Assembly: GCA_951406725.2 (NCBI GenBank)
Contig: OX597815.1
Span: 129,580,001 to 129,644,000, forward strand
DNA: 64,000 bases
Direction: 5' to 3'
Source of the DNA: Octopus vulgaris
Lineage: Eukaryota
The translations under genes and the position numbers were made by a program. Every line of letters starts with the position of its first letter. The stretch's first letter is position 1. The notes under the pieces are model-generated. The model was not told where the DNA came from. It did no database searches and was given only the letters and a program-made list of their open reading frames with translations. This document shows positions 11,496 to 24,257 of the stretch, in pieces.

Positions 11496-13505
11496 GTAAC
11501 GTATCAAACCTTTATTTATTGACATAACACTAACTCCTAAAAGAAAGTTGAAACTAAATAAAGAAAAAATACTATTCATCATCAACATTTAATGTCTGTT
11601 TTCTATGCTGGCATGGGTTGGACAGCTTGGCAGGAACTGGCAATGCCAAGGATCTTACCAGGTTTCTTAGTCTGATTTGGCAGGGTTTCCATTTTACAGT
11701 GTATTGGGTGCTTTTTACATGGCATCATCACTCACGTTGGCTTTGTGGGTTGGCTGCATGTTGTGTTCTTGAGCAAGACACTTTATTTCACATTGCTTCA
11801 GTCCACTCAGCTGCAGAAATGAGTTGCAATGTCACAGGTGCCAAGCTGTATCGGCCTTTGCCTTTCCCTTGGATAACACTGGTGGCATGGAGAGGGGAGG
11901 CTGGTATGCATGGGTGACTGCTGATCTTCCATAAACAACCTTGTACCTGGAAGGGTAACTTTCTAGGTACAATCCCATGGTTAGTCATGACTGAAAGGGG
12001 TCTCAGCAGCCCTGTTTATATATTTACTCTATAGGTTACATACATCATACCTTAGTACTGTGTGGACTATATCCCCATTAACAGGCTCCTAATATTAAAG
12101 TGTTAACATGTACAGTATGAAAATTAGTAGCTTCAATTCTCTGTAGCTACTGGAATTATTGAATATATAAACTGATTGGCTGCTTCTAGCCCCTGTGCTG
12201 GTGACATGTAAAAAGCACCCACTACACTCTCGGAGTGGTCGGCATTAGGAAGGTCATCCAGCTGTAGAAACACTGCCAGATCAGCCTCCTGGCTTCCCAA
12301 ACCCCAGTCGAACCATCCATCATGGAAAACGAACGTTAAACGATGATGATGATGATGGTCAAATTGATGTGTCTCTGATGAGAATCTTATAAGATTTGAA
12401 AATTAATTAATGTTGTTTGTCATTTTTTCGATCTATGGAGAAATAGCTAAATTAGCCCTATTTCTATACCTACTACATAGGTTTTATATATATATATATA
12501 TATGTGGGCCTCATGGAGGCAAAGTGGCTGAGCTCCTTTCAAGTGTTGGGCCTCATGGAAGAAATGACCAAAACATTTTGGCATTATGTTGTGCTTGAGA
12601 AGAAGACCCATCAAGTTGAGCAAAATCACAGTCGTGGCAGATGCCGGTGTCAAGCAAATGGCACCTGTGCTGGTGGCACATAAAAGCACCCATTACACTC
12701 TCAGAGTGGTTGGTGTTAGGAAGGGCATACAGCTGTAGAAAACCTTGCCAAATCAGACTGGATCCTGGTGCAGCCTTCTGGCATGCCAGCCCAATCAAAC
12801 TGTCCGACCCATACCAGCATGGCCAACAGATGTTAAATGATGATGATGGTGTGTGTGTGTGTACCTTTGTCTTGACATTATGTGATGGTTGTAGATGAGT
12901 ATCATACAAGCAATGTTGTTTCTTTCCCTGAAAAACATACCTGGCTAAAGGAACATATCACCTTGCTTAGAAACAGATGAGGGTTGGCAACAGGAAGGGC
13001 ATTCAACTGTAAAAAGTTCAGTGTCCTTGCAACATGATTGCTTTCCCAGTGGACTAACGTCAGATGTAGTCAGCATTTGTGAAGGATATGGTGAACTCAT
13101 TTGTCATGGTTGTCTCAACCCACCCCAGGTAAATGCCTCTGCAAATGCAAGTAGTAAAGTACACATGCCATTCTTAATCCATCTGAAAATGATGTTAAGG
13201 GGACATATGTTTGTGGGGTAGTAAGCCACAGAGATGCTAATTCAATCACATAAGTATTTCAGTCAATCGAACTATTGAAACACTCCATATTGAAACTGCC
13301 ACAAATCTGTTTTCTCTGATTTCATTAAAATTAATAAGTTGCAAATTTAAAGATATATGAATTCTGTTAAGTTTTCTTGGATTTGATGATAAAGTGAAAA
13401 GTCATCGTCAGGTTCAGACCTCAAAAATAGATGTAAATTTCTCTTATTTATTTTAATTTGAAATAATGTTTTTAATTGGTATAATTTTATGTTAGGGTTT
13501 TATAT

Positions 13506-14868
13506 TCATCATCGTTTAACGCCCACTTTCCATGCTGGCATGGGTTGGATGGTTTGACTGAGGACTGGTGAGCCAGAAGGCTGCACCGGCACCAATCTGA
13601 TCTGGCAAAGTTTCTACAGCTAGATAACCTTCCTAACGCCAACCACTTTGACAGTGTAGTGGGTGCTTTTACATGCCACCAGCTGGAGGGCCTGGCAACA
13701 ACCACGCTCAAAAGGTGTTTATTACATGCTACCTGTACGAAAGCCAGTCCAGTGGCACTAGCAACGACCACACTCGAATGTTGTTTTTCACGTGCCACCA
13801 GCATGGGAGCCAATCTGTAGCCCTAGCAATAATCACGCTCGGATGTGCCATTAACGTTCCACTGGCATTAGTGCTAATCAAGTGGTACTGTCATCAGCCA
13901 CGTCAGCGATTTTGATTTGATTTCACTTGCCTCAATAGGTCTTTACAAGCAAAGTTTATTGTTCAATGAATGAGAGGTACTCATAAGTGGGGTGATTTCA
14001 CCCCAGGCTCGGATGTGCTTTTAATGTTCCACCGGCACGAGTGCCAATCAGGCGGTAGTCATCGGCCACGTCAGTGATTTGGATTTCACTTGCCTAGGTC
14101 TTCGCAAGCAAAGTTTATTGTCCAATGAATGAGGGGTATTCATATGTGGGCTAGTTACGCCCACTGGCATAGGCCATGGGTTATGGTCTCACTTGGCTTG
14201 TCAGATCTTCTCAAGCACAGCATATCTCCAAAAGTCTTGGTCACTGGTCATTGTCTTGGTAAGGCTCAATGTTCAAAGGTTGTGCTTCACCACCTTATCC
14301 CAGGTCTTCCTGGGTCTACCTCTTCCACAAGTTCCCTCAACTGCTAGGGTGTGACACTTTTTTCATGCAGCTGTCCTTATTCATTCACAACACATGACCA
14401 TACCAGCGCAGTCATCTCTCTTGCACACCACATCTGATGCTTCTTGAATCCAACTTTTCTCTCAGGGCACTTACACTCTGTTATATATGCACACTGACAT
14501 TACACATCCAGCGGAGCATACTGGCTTCATTCCTTGCAAGCTTACGCATGTCCTCAGCAATCATGGCCCATGTTTCACTGCCATGTAGCATGGCTGTTCA
14601 TACACATGCATCATACAGTCTACCTTTGTGAGAGGCCCTTTGTCACCAGCAGAGGTAGGAGCTCTCTGAACTTTGCCCAGGCTATTCTTATTCTAGCAGT
14701 TACACTTTCAGAGCATCCATCCCTGCTACTAACTTGGTCCCCTAGGTAATGGAGACTATAAACTACTTGTTTTTCTCCCTGGAATGTGACAGAAGCTGTT
14801 CTCTGCACATATTCAGTGTTTATAGCACCTGAGCATTTGCCACATACAAAAACTATCTTCCCAGTTAA
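13506..14868 (-). mobile_element. Older RTE LINE 3' fragment inside the peptide-gene intron
   Basis: ORF 14620-14925 (SESVTARIRIAWAKFRELLPLLVTKGLS) and the 3'UTR are homologous to the 16-18 kb copy. Confidence 0.9.
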
Positions 14869-14989
14869 CTGATGTGGCTCCCAGCCTTGACAGTTCCTGT
14901 CAAACCATGCAACCCATATCAGCATGGAAAATGGATGTTAAATGATGATTGATGATATTATTCCAAGTATCCATTTCTTTTTTTTCCAG

Positions 14990-15150
14990 CAACAGTAACT
15001 TGTGTGGAGACATCACTCTGCTATGATAGCTTGACTAGTTGTAATGCTGCCTGTGGAGGAAGTGATGAGCAGTGTAACGAGTACTCGTGTGCTACTTGGA
15101 CTGCCAGCTGTATTGTATGCAACTGTGCCCTACCAAATTTTCAACCATAA
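14990..15150 (+). CDS. Small secreted cysteine-rich peptide, terminal coding exon: (A)TVTCVETSLCYDSLTSCNAACGGSDEQCNEYSCATWTASCIVCNCALPNFQP*
   Basis: Strong polypyrimidine acceptor tttctttttttttccag. Only the phase-1 frame stays open, matching exon 1. 9 Cys in 52 aa; TAA at 15148-15150; AATAAA follows. Confidence 0.85.
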
Positions 15151-15189
15151 TACACCAGCACCAATGGAATCTCCTTATGGTTTATTCCC

Positions 15190-15195
15190 AATAAA
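15190..15195 (+). terminator. Candidate polyadenylation signal of the peptide gene
   Basis: AATAAA about 40 nt after the stop codon; an ATTAAA also at 15220-15225. Confidence 0.5.
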
Positions 15196-15970
15196 GACCG
15201 CTCTAATTGAAGGACTTGGATTAAAGATATTTTTAATGTTTTATTTTTCAATGTCATCATGATGTACAAAAATATGTGCAAATTTTTCCCAGTGAGAAAA
15301 AAAAATTTAAGAGAGTATACTGAATTTTTTTATCAACTTAATTTTTGCTGATTAAACAAGTTATCAATTTGCCAACTTCCTTTGTTCCTGTTTTTGCTTA
15401 CCTCACTCAACTTGCAACTCCCAGATAATTACTCTGATTTCATTTTATATCAGATTTTACGATATATTCCACTTTAGCTGTACATAGTTCTCTTTCTACG
15501 TAAATATATATATCAGTGGCAATTCCAGTACTCAGGCTGTTTGGGCTTAGCCCGAATATAAATTTAGTAAAGTGAATGTGTATTTGCACGCTGATTTAAT
15601 TTCTGCCAAAACTGACTTCAAGTATGTAATTGCAGCCAATAACTTGGGCTCCTTTTATCGGTTGCAGTTTGTTTATTTTTGTTCTGCATCTGGCGGTGTC
15701 TTAAAAGTGCCCTGTGTCAAAAAATATCATTTGTAGCAGATGGTCTTTTGACATCGTTCACATGTGCCTGACTCTGGCTTAGAAATTACAACCCAAGTTG
15801 TTATCTATAATCATAAAAATTAAAGTAATTCAAATTCAATGTTTTCTTGAAACAATAATTTTCTATAGAGATTAGGATTTAAATTCCAATCTATGGGAAG
15901 TTTCTGTTCTAAAATATTCTTAAAAGAATGAAAAATTATCCGGCAACTCGGGCTAATACGAATGAGCTTT

Positions 15971-18310
15971 CATCATCATCATTATCATCATTTAGCATCC
16001 GCTTTCCATGCTAGCATGGGTTGGACGGTTCAACTGGGGTCTGTGAAGCCAGAAGGCTGCATCAGGCCCAGTCTGATCTGGCAGTGTTTCTACGGCTGGA
16101 TGCCCTTCCTAATACCAACCACTCTGTGAGTGTAGTGGGTGCTTTTTACGTGCCACCTGCACAGGTGCCAGATGGAGCTGGCAAACGGCCACGGACGGAT
16201 GGTACTTTTTATGTGCCACCGGCACGGGGGCCAGGCGAGGCTGGCAATGGCCACGAACGGATGGTGCTACGTGCCACCGGCATGGGGGCCAGGCGAGGCT
16301 GGCAACGGACACGAACGCATGGTGCTTTTACGTGTCACCGGCACAGAGGCCAGTTGGGGCGGTGCTGGCAACGGCCACGATCGGATGGTTCGCTTACTTG
16401 TCACCGGCACTGGTACCACAGCTGCAATTTCCATTGATGTTGATCGACTTCGATTTTGGTTCTGCTTTCTGATATCGGATTTGATTTGGTTTGATTTTGA
16501 TTTTGATTTTCACTTGCCTCAACGGGTCTTCACAAGTGGAGTTTTGTGTCCCAAGAAGGAAAGGTATGTAGGCCACAGGTTATGTTCTCACTAGTCTTGC
16601 CGGGTCTTCTCACATACAGCATACTTCCATAGGTCTCAGTCTCTAGTCATTTCTTTGGTGAGACCTAAAGTTCGAAGGTCATGCTTCACCACCTCGTCCC
16701 AGGTTTTCCTGGGTCTACCTCTTCCACAGGTTCCCTCAACTGCTAGGGTGTGGCACTTTTGCACACAACTATCTTCAGCCATTCTCATCACATGACCATA
16801 CCAGCGCAAACATCTCTCTTGCACACCACAACTGATGCTTCTTAGGTTCAACTTTTCTCTCAAGGTACTTACACTCTGTCGATTATGGACACTGACATTA
16901 CACATCCATCGGAGCATACTGGCTTCATTTCTTGCGAGCTTACGCATATCCTCAGCAGTCACAGCCCATGTTTCACTACCATGTAGCATGGCTGTACGTA
17001 CACATGCATCATACAGTCTGCCTTTTACTCTGAGCGAGAGACCTTTTGTCACCAGCAGGGGTAAGAGCTCTCTAAACTTTTCCCAGGCTATTCTTACTCT
17101 AGCAGTTACACTTTCAGCACACCCACCCCCGGTCACCCAGGTAGCAGAAGTTATCAACTACTTCTAGTTTTTCTCCCTGGAACGTGGTAGAAGTTGGTCT
17201 CTGCACATTTTCAATGTTTATTGCTCCTGAGCATCTGCCACAGATAAAAACTATTTTTCTAGTTAGCCTTCTTTTGACCTTGCTACACCTCTTATGTGTC
17301 CATAGCTTACACTTGGTGGACTTTATAGAGTTTCTACCTACGCCTTTTTTACAGATCGAGCAGGGCCATCTACCTGAAGGCGTTTGTGATTGGTCTACCT
17401 TCCTACTTATTAGGACTTTGGTTTTGGCTAGGTTGATTCTAAGGCCCTTCAATTCTAAACCTTGCTTCCACACCTGAAACTTCTCTTCCAGTTCTGATAG
17501 TGACTCAGCAATTAGAGCAAGGTCATCAGCATAGAGGAGATCCCAGGGGCATCCTGTCTTGAATTCCTCCGTTATTGCCTGGAGGACTATGATAAATAGG
17601 AGGGGACTGAGGACTGAATCTTGGTGGACCCCCAACCTCTACCCGGAATTCTTCACTGTACTCGTTGCCAACCCTCACCTTACATGGCTAGCACAGCTCT
17701 CACTAACCATTCATCTATCCCTAGTTTCCTCATTGACCACCAGATAAGGGATCGGGGGACCCTGTCGAAGGCTTTCTCCATATCAACAAAAGCCAGGTAC
17801 AGGGGCTTATCTTTGGCTAGGTATTTCTCCTGCAGCTGTCTTACCAAGAATATAGCATCAGTAGTACTTTTCCCTGGCACGAACTCAAACTGCATCTCAT
17901 CTAAGCTAACTCTCTCTCTAATTAGTTGGGCTATAACCCTCTCCATGACCTTCATTACCTGATCCAGCAGCTTGATACCCCTGTAGTTATTTGTATCTAG
18001 AGCGTCACCTTTACCTTTGTAGCAGTTGACTATTATGCTGCTACACCAGTCATTGGGTATGACTCCTTCGTGTATCACCTGGTTAACTATACGGGTGACT
18101 AGGCTATAGCCAACACTACCAGATATTTTGAGCATTTCTGCAGTAATTCCTGATGGGCCAGGGGCCCACCCTGTTTTCATGCTTGTAATTGCCTTACTAC
18201 TAAGGAACTGTCAACTCAGATTGCTGGTCCCTCTGTTGGGTCGACATTCGGCAGACTCTCTTTATCCCATTCATTTTCCTCATTCAGCAACCTTTCATAG
18301 TGGCAACTGA
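15971..18310 (-). mobile_element. 5'-truncated RTE-clade LINE (RT domain, Cys-rich insert, C-terminus, 3'UTR, (GAT)n tail), frameshifted
   Basis: ORFs 17680-18180, 17114-17635 and 16636-17157 give NYRGIKLL, AFVDMEKAFDRV, GVHQDSVLSPLLF, LLYADD and LRWYGHVMR...GRGRPRKTW. Confidence 0.95.
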
Positions 18311-18431
18311 CATCTCTTGTCAAGAGTACAGGTGACAGTCAGATTGCTGATGCTTGTTGTGTCTTATGCGAAATCTGTGATGAGCTCAAGTGATGCTGAT
18401 GACCTGGAGTCACCTCTGATATATATATATA

Positions 18432-18815
18432 TTTACTCTTTTACTTGTTTCAGTCATTTGACTGCAGCCATGCTGGAGCACCGCCTTTAATCGAGCAACT
18501 CGACCCCGGGACTTATTCCTTTGTAAGCCCAGTACTTATTCTATCGGTCTCTTTTGCCGAACCGCTAAGTAACGGAGACATAAACACACCAGCATCGGTT
18601 GTCAAGCAATGCTAGGGGGACAAACACACACACGCATATATATATATACATATATATGACGGGCTTCTTTTCAGTTTCCGTCTACCAAATCCACTCAAGG
18701 CTTTGGTCGGCCTGAGGCTATAGCAGAAGACACTTGCCCAAGATGCCACGCAGTGGGACTGAACCCGGAACCATGTGGTTGGTAAGCAAGCTACTTACCA
18801 CACAGCCACTCCTGC
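18432..18815 (-). mobile_element. SINE family A, near full length
   Basis: Reverse complement of the 27666 element. Further copies at about 31722-32130, 54205-54615, 23240-23590, 52660-52980 and 56940-57265. Confidence 0.85.
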
Positions 18816-19375
18816 ACACATATATATATATATAAGACTATTGAGAAGTAATATAGAACCAGTTGAGTATTCAGTTAATGGTATTGAACAAACACCCTCT
18901 TCTAATAAGTGCTGATTTTGTACCTAAATTAGAAACAATATTTGTAAGTAGGATTGGATGAAATATCTGGCAGTATTTCTTCCAGCGCTTTATATTCTGC
19001 TTTTCTTCCTTTAAGAGTTGAGAGAATATATACCAAAAATGTGGCTTTATATCAGTTAAAATTATCTATTTGTAATGTACAATATAAATTTGAAAGATTT
19101 CGAGATGAGATGAAAGAGAGAGGTGAATGAGAGGAGTGAAAATAAAAATGTTGGCGAGAGGGAGGAAATAAATGGATTAAGAGACAAAGAAAATAAAGAA
19201 ATAAAGAGCAGGGGAAAAAAAAAGAGGAAAGTATATACAGTCAGGGTAAATGAGATAGAGAAAGAGAAGGACGATAAGCAACAAAGAGAGAAAAAGAAAG
19301 AAAATATTCTGCCGAAAAGTTTGAAAGAAAGAGTGTTTAAATTGTTGTGGTATCTGGTAAAAGTGTAAAAAAAAA

Positions 19376-19381
19376 TTTATT
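19376..19381 (-). terminator. Candidate CIP2A polyadenylation signal
   Basis: AATAAA on the - strand about 680 nt after the stop; the context is AT-rich, so it is not unique. Confidence 0.35.
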
Positions 19382-19943
19382 CAAATAAAATTTTAAAAAT
19401 AACTCAGTAAAATAATGTGTATGATTTTGTAATATTTAGAATTTAATATTTCATTAAGTTTTATCTTGATATTGAAATTTGAGAAATCTATGTAAAGTGA
19501 TACCTACCCCAAAAGAACTACATAATGAATTTTAATGTAAGTGGCTGAGTATTCCACACACTGGTCCCTTTCATAATCCTTGAGGTATTACACACATTGG
19601 TACTCTTTAATTTTCAGTATGACAAAGTTGACCCTTTGAAACACAAATACAGCACATGCTATAAGCCACCACACAGTCTTTATCAATAGGACTTCACTCA
19701 AGATTTGGATCAGATTCTAAGTAATGGGAAAAAAATACTTCTGTTCAATGTACCTGCCATATAGCTGGATTGAACTCAGAATCACATGATAGCCAAGCAA
19801 ACTTAATCATGCAACACACATCATCTACACAAACACCCAATTATATACACACACATACACACATGTATTTGCTTGTGTGACATGCATTGCATCAGTCTAG
19901 TTGAATTAATTCAGGTGAAACTTAAGATCTCAGTTAAAGCAAT

Positions 19944-19995
<52 letters not shown>

Positions 19996-20057
19996 TGGCC
20001 ACATGCACATACTCCACACTCACACAAACATAGAAAGAGACATTATTAGCAAAGTCC

Positions 20058-20219
20058 TTAAAAAGACACCTTTGGTGGAATTTTGCTACTACTTAGGTTA
20101 TGAATCATGGCAGCTATTTGTTCATGTTTGGCAAGATTATCTTTAACTTCTTCTAATTCTCCAGTTTTCTCTTTGATGACACGTTCATGTTTTTGACACA
20201 CAACTTCAAGGGAAGTGAT
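20058..20219 (-). CDS. CIP2A: CIP2A orthologue last coding exon (ITSLEVVCQKHE...AKHEQIAAMIHNLSSSKIPPKVSF*)
   Basis: tttcag acceptor; 54 codons including the TAA stop. Matches the recalled C-terminus KHSHMIAMIHSLSGGKI. Confidence 0.92.
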   Translation of the reverse strand: MTSLEVVCQKHERVIKEKTGELEEVKDNLAKHEQIAAMIHNLSSSKIPPKVSF

Positions 20220-22554
20220 CTGAAATATCCCAAGAAAAGAATTTTTTAAAAATTAATAAACAAGAAAAGAATTTAACTTCAATAAAATCAAACCTAACAG
20301 AAAGTTTAAACGAATTATCTGATAGAACCTATTTGCTTTCATCTCTATCTGTCTGGTCCAGTCTGATTTGTCCATCTATTTATTCATCTATTCTCATTGT
20401 CTGCCCATTCCTGTGAGAGGAGTAGGAGAGTCTCCAGATAAACCCTTCAGAGGTTCCTACCAGAAGCAAGATATCAGTAAATGACCCGGCTGCAAGCATA
20501 GATACATGGATATAATAGTAATCCTTCCTACTATAAGCACAAGGCCTAAGATTTTTATGGGGAGGGGATTAGTTGATTACATCAACCCCAGTGCTCAACT
20601 GGTACCTATTTCATTGACCCCAAAAGGCAAATCGACCTCAGCAGAATTTGAACTCAGAATGTAAAGGACAAAATACCGCTAAACATTTTGTCTGGCATAC
20701 AAACGATTCTGCCAGCTTTTCTTCCTGAAAATGTCTTATATCTGGTTTAAATACTTCATTTGTATCTTGAGAGGGTCATTATGCCAATAATAAGTATATA
20801 CACTGGTTCTATTTCACTTCAATATTATATATTTGTCAATTGTTTAGATATTTAAACAATTAGCTAATAAATTGTTTGATTAATTGTTCAATCAATCAAT
20901 CAGTTAAGTTTGTCAGAGTAATCTTTATAGCCATTCCCAACCTTATCAATGACATTGCTCCTCCTAAGAAAAATCACAACTTCTCAAAACATTTAGCACT
21001 GCTCCATTATACCCCCTTGTAAACTCACAACATCCCTGAGGTATATGTGTGGGTGTTACTGACAAAGTGAAGAACCACAGGCCTAGATTTTGAAATGTCA
21101 CAGTTAACCCCAGTTGGATTAGAACTCAGAGTGTAGAAAAGAAAAACAGAAATTGAATTGCTGATATCACTCTATCATTCAGTTATGCAGGTGGATACCA
21201 GAACTGGTATTTGCCACATTTAGTTATGTCTCTTTACACAGTTCAAATCCCACCCGGATTCCTTGTAGCCTTTCACTGGTGCAGCCTCCTGGCTTGCCAG
21301 TCTTCAGTCAAATCATCCAATCCATGCCAGCATGGAAAGTGGATGATAACTGACGATGGTGATTCTTCTAATGTTGATCAATAAGTAACAGCCCAAGTAA
21401 ATATGAATTGGGTTTAATGTAATCAACAATAGTCTATAACAATGGTTCCAACCTTTCCATCACTACCAATGACCCCTTTTGTTTAAATGCATTTTCCCAC
21501 GGACTCCAGACCATGAAAGGTCAGTTTACTCGATCAATCAATTTTATTAGCTCACAACAAACTTATTTTCCCAGTTCCATCTCTCAAATGAAAGACATAT
21601 ATAATTAAAATAATTATATATAATTAAAATAATTACCCAGTTACAAATGTAACTGGGTAATTGCACATTTTATGCTGCAGACTTTTAAAACAAAACTTAT
21701 GAATGCATAGAACTATTTTTGTGGGTTCCTTGAGTTCTGTGGATCCCAAGTTTGGAAACACTGGTCTGTGCTCCAGCATGGCAACAATCCAATGATTGAA
21801 ATCAGTAAAATAATAAAACAACAAGCATGAAGTATGGAAATTAGGGGAGGCGGGAGCTTACAGTGTTATATTTGTATGTTCTCTGTAGATAATATATAAA
21901 TGGAGAGGTCATCAGAATTTAACAACAACAACAATAACCACAGCAGCAGCAGCCATCGCCTCCACCAGACATGCTTTAGTGGTAGGCTGCAAGCAAACGA
22001 CACCATCAAGAAGCCATTGTTTATAAGCCAGTGGCCATAAAAGAAATGCAAACTCATTCACACAAACACACACACAGATATATGATAAGCTTCTTTCAGG
22101 TTCTACCTACCAGTTCTTATCACAGGCCTTTGTTTGATAAGCCTGGAGCCATAATAGAGGACACTTGCTCAAGGTATAACACAGTGGGACTGAACCCAAA
22201 ACTATGTGGTTAGGAAGTGAGCTTCTTAACCACATCATCATCATCATTTAACGTCCGTTTTCCATGCTGGCATGGGTTGGACGGTTTGACTGAGGACTGG
22301 CGAGCCAGGAGACTGCACCAGGCTCCAATCTGTTCAGGCAAGGTTTCTACAGCTGGATGCTCTCCCTAATACCAACCACTCCCAGAGTGTAGTGGGTGCT
22401 TTTTACATGCCACCAGTACAGGGGCCAATCAGGCGGCACTGACATTGACCATACTCGAATGGTGCTTTTTATGTGCCACCGGCACAGGAGCCAGTCAGGC
22501 AGCACTGGTTTCGCCCCACAACTATAAAACAAGAAAACATTTAAATCAACCTAC

Positions 22555-22694
22555 CTTTTGCTGTAGTTCTTTTTTCTCTATTTCAGTTTTGTCCAAACTT
22601 CTCCGTACTTTTTCAATGGCTTCATCTAAATCATCACGCTCCTTAGACAGTTTCTGCAGCTGTTCTTCAATCTCTGATACAGTTTTTTGTAATG
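22555..22694 (-). CDS. CIP2A: CIP2A orthologue exon (SLQKTVSEIEEQLQKLSKERDDLDEAIEKVRRSLDKTEIEKKELQQK)
   Basis: cttcag acceptor, aag|gtag donor, phase 1 to 0. Resembles recalled [29 protein letters not shown]. Confidence 0.9.
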
Positions 22695-23049
22695 CTGAAG
22701 AAGTGAACATTTCAATGCATTTCAGAAAAATTGTATTAATCTAATATGAGTTAATAAAAAATTTCTGGTTTATTAAGAACAGAATCAACCTTCATAAAGA
22801 AAATATAAGCCATCACTGCTAGCTACCTTCATTAGCAGGAATGTTGTCTTGAGATTTCTGAAGAATACAGGATTGCACTCTTCTGCAGACTGACAATACA
22901 AGTCTCAATCTCAATATATTCTTTTCTACTCTAGGCACAAGGCCCAAAATTTTCGGGGAGGGGGCCAGTCAATTAGATCAACCCCAGTACTCAACTTATC
23001 GACCTCCAAGAGGATGAAAAGCAATGTCGACCTTGGCAGAATTTGAACT

Positions 23050-23225
23050 AGGAACAGTTTCAATTCCAATATTGTTCAACCTCTTAGGTAGCAGTTTAGG
23101 TCTTGTACCAAATGAACTAATTAAGACAAGAACAGATGTCACCTTTGTCTTCCATAATCTCTTCATCTCTCCGTTTAGCTCTAAATAAGTTTCAATTTTC
23201 ACAATTTCTTTGGTATCCACTCTAT
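23050..23225 (-). mobile_element. R4/Dong-like endonuclease C-terminal remnant
   Basis: ORF 22996-23220: KIETYLELNGEMKRLWKTKVTSVLVLISSFG. Confidence 0.6.
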
Positions 23226-24257
23226 TGTTGTGTTCTATTATTTGCTTCAGTCACTTGACTGCAGCTATGCTGGAGCACTGCTTTTAGTTGAACAAATCGA
23301 CTCCCAGGACTTATTTTTTGTAAGCTTAGTCCTTATTCTATCGGATACTTTTGCTGAACTGCTAGGCTACGGGGATGTAATCACACCAACATCGGTTGTC
23401 AAGCGATGGTGGGGGAACAAACAAAGGCACACAAACATATATATATATATATACAGGCTTCTTTCAGTTTCCATGTACCAAATCCACTAGCAAGGCTTTG
23501 GTCGGACCAAGGTGACATGCAATGGGACTGAACCTGGGACCATGTGGTTGGTAAGCAAGCTCCTCACCACACAGCCACTCCTGTGCCTGTATGGTATTGC
23601 AAATATTATTTTTAAAAAGGTGGCAACCTAACAGAATCATCAGCATGCTGGGCAAAATGCTTAGCGACATTTCGTCTGGGTTGATGTTCTGAGTTCAAAC
23701 ACCACCAAAGTTGACAGTCTTTCATCCTCTCAGGGTTGATAAAATAAGTACCAGTTAAGCACTGGGAGTAGTGGGGGGAGGCAATGTAATCGACTTAACC
23801 CCTTCCTTGAACTTACTGGTCTTGTGCCAAAATTTAATACCAATATTATTATTATTATTATTATTTAAAGTGGCAAGCTGGCAGGATCGTTAACATGCCG
23901 GGCGAAATGCTTAGTGGTATTTCGTCTGTCTTTATGTTCTGAATTCAAATTCCACTGAGGTCGATGTAATTGACTTAATCCCTTCCCTTGAGGCCTTATG
24001 CTTCCAGTAGGAAGGATTATTATTACTATTTTTAAGGTGGAGAGTTGCTAGAATCGTTAGCATGCCAGGCAAAAATGCTAGGCAGTATTTCATCTGTCTT
24101 TGCTTTCTGAATTCAATTCTGCCATGGTTGACTTTGCCTTTCATCCTTTCAGGGCCGATAAAATAAGTACCAGTTGAATACTGGGGGTGATGTAATCGAG
24201 TGTCCCCTCCTCCCCAAATTTCAGGCCTAGTGCCTATATTAGAAAGGGCTATTATTA

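Noticed and set aside
12368-12415. Hammerhead CTGATGA-gaatcttataagattt-GAAA
   Set aside because: The core and stem II are present, but no stem I pairing can be drawn; at best a dead remnant.
13021-13221. Cys-containing ORF with a cag|gtaaat donor, as a possible middle exon of the peptide gene
   Set aside because: Its open frame ends in phase 0 and is incompatible with the phase-1 junctions; the two-exon model is already complete.
15044-15262. 72-aa ORF in the track overlapping the peptide exon
   Set aside because: It is a different frame from the spliced Cys-rich one, has no motif, and runs across the polyA signal.
19123-19368. Lys/Glu-rich ORF
   Set aside because: GA-rich low-complexity sequence with no splice or homology support.
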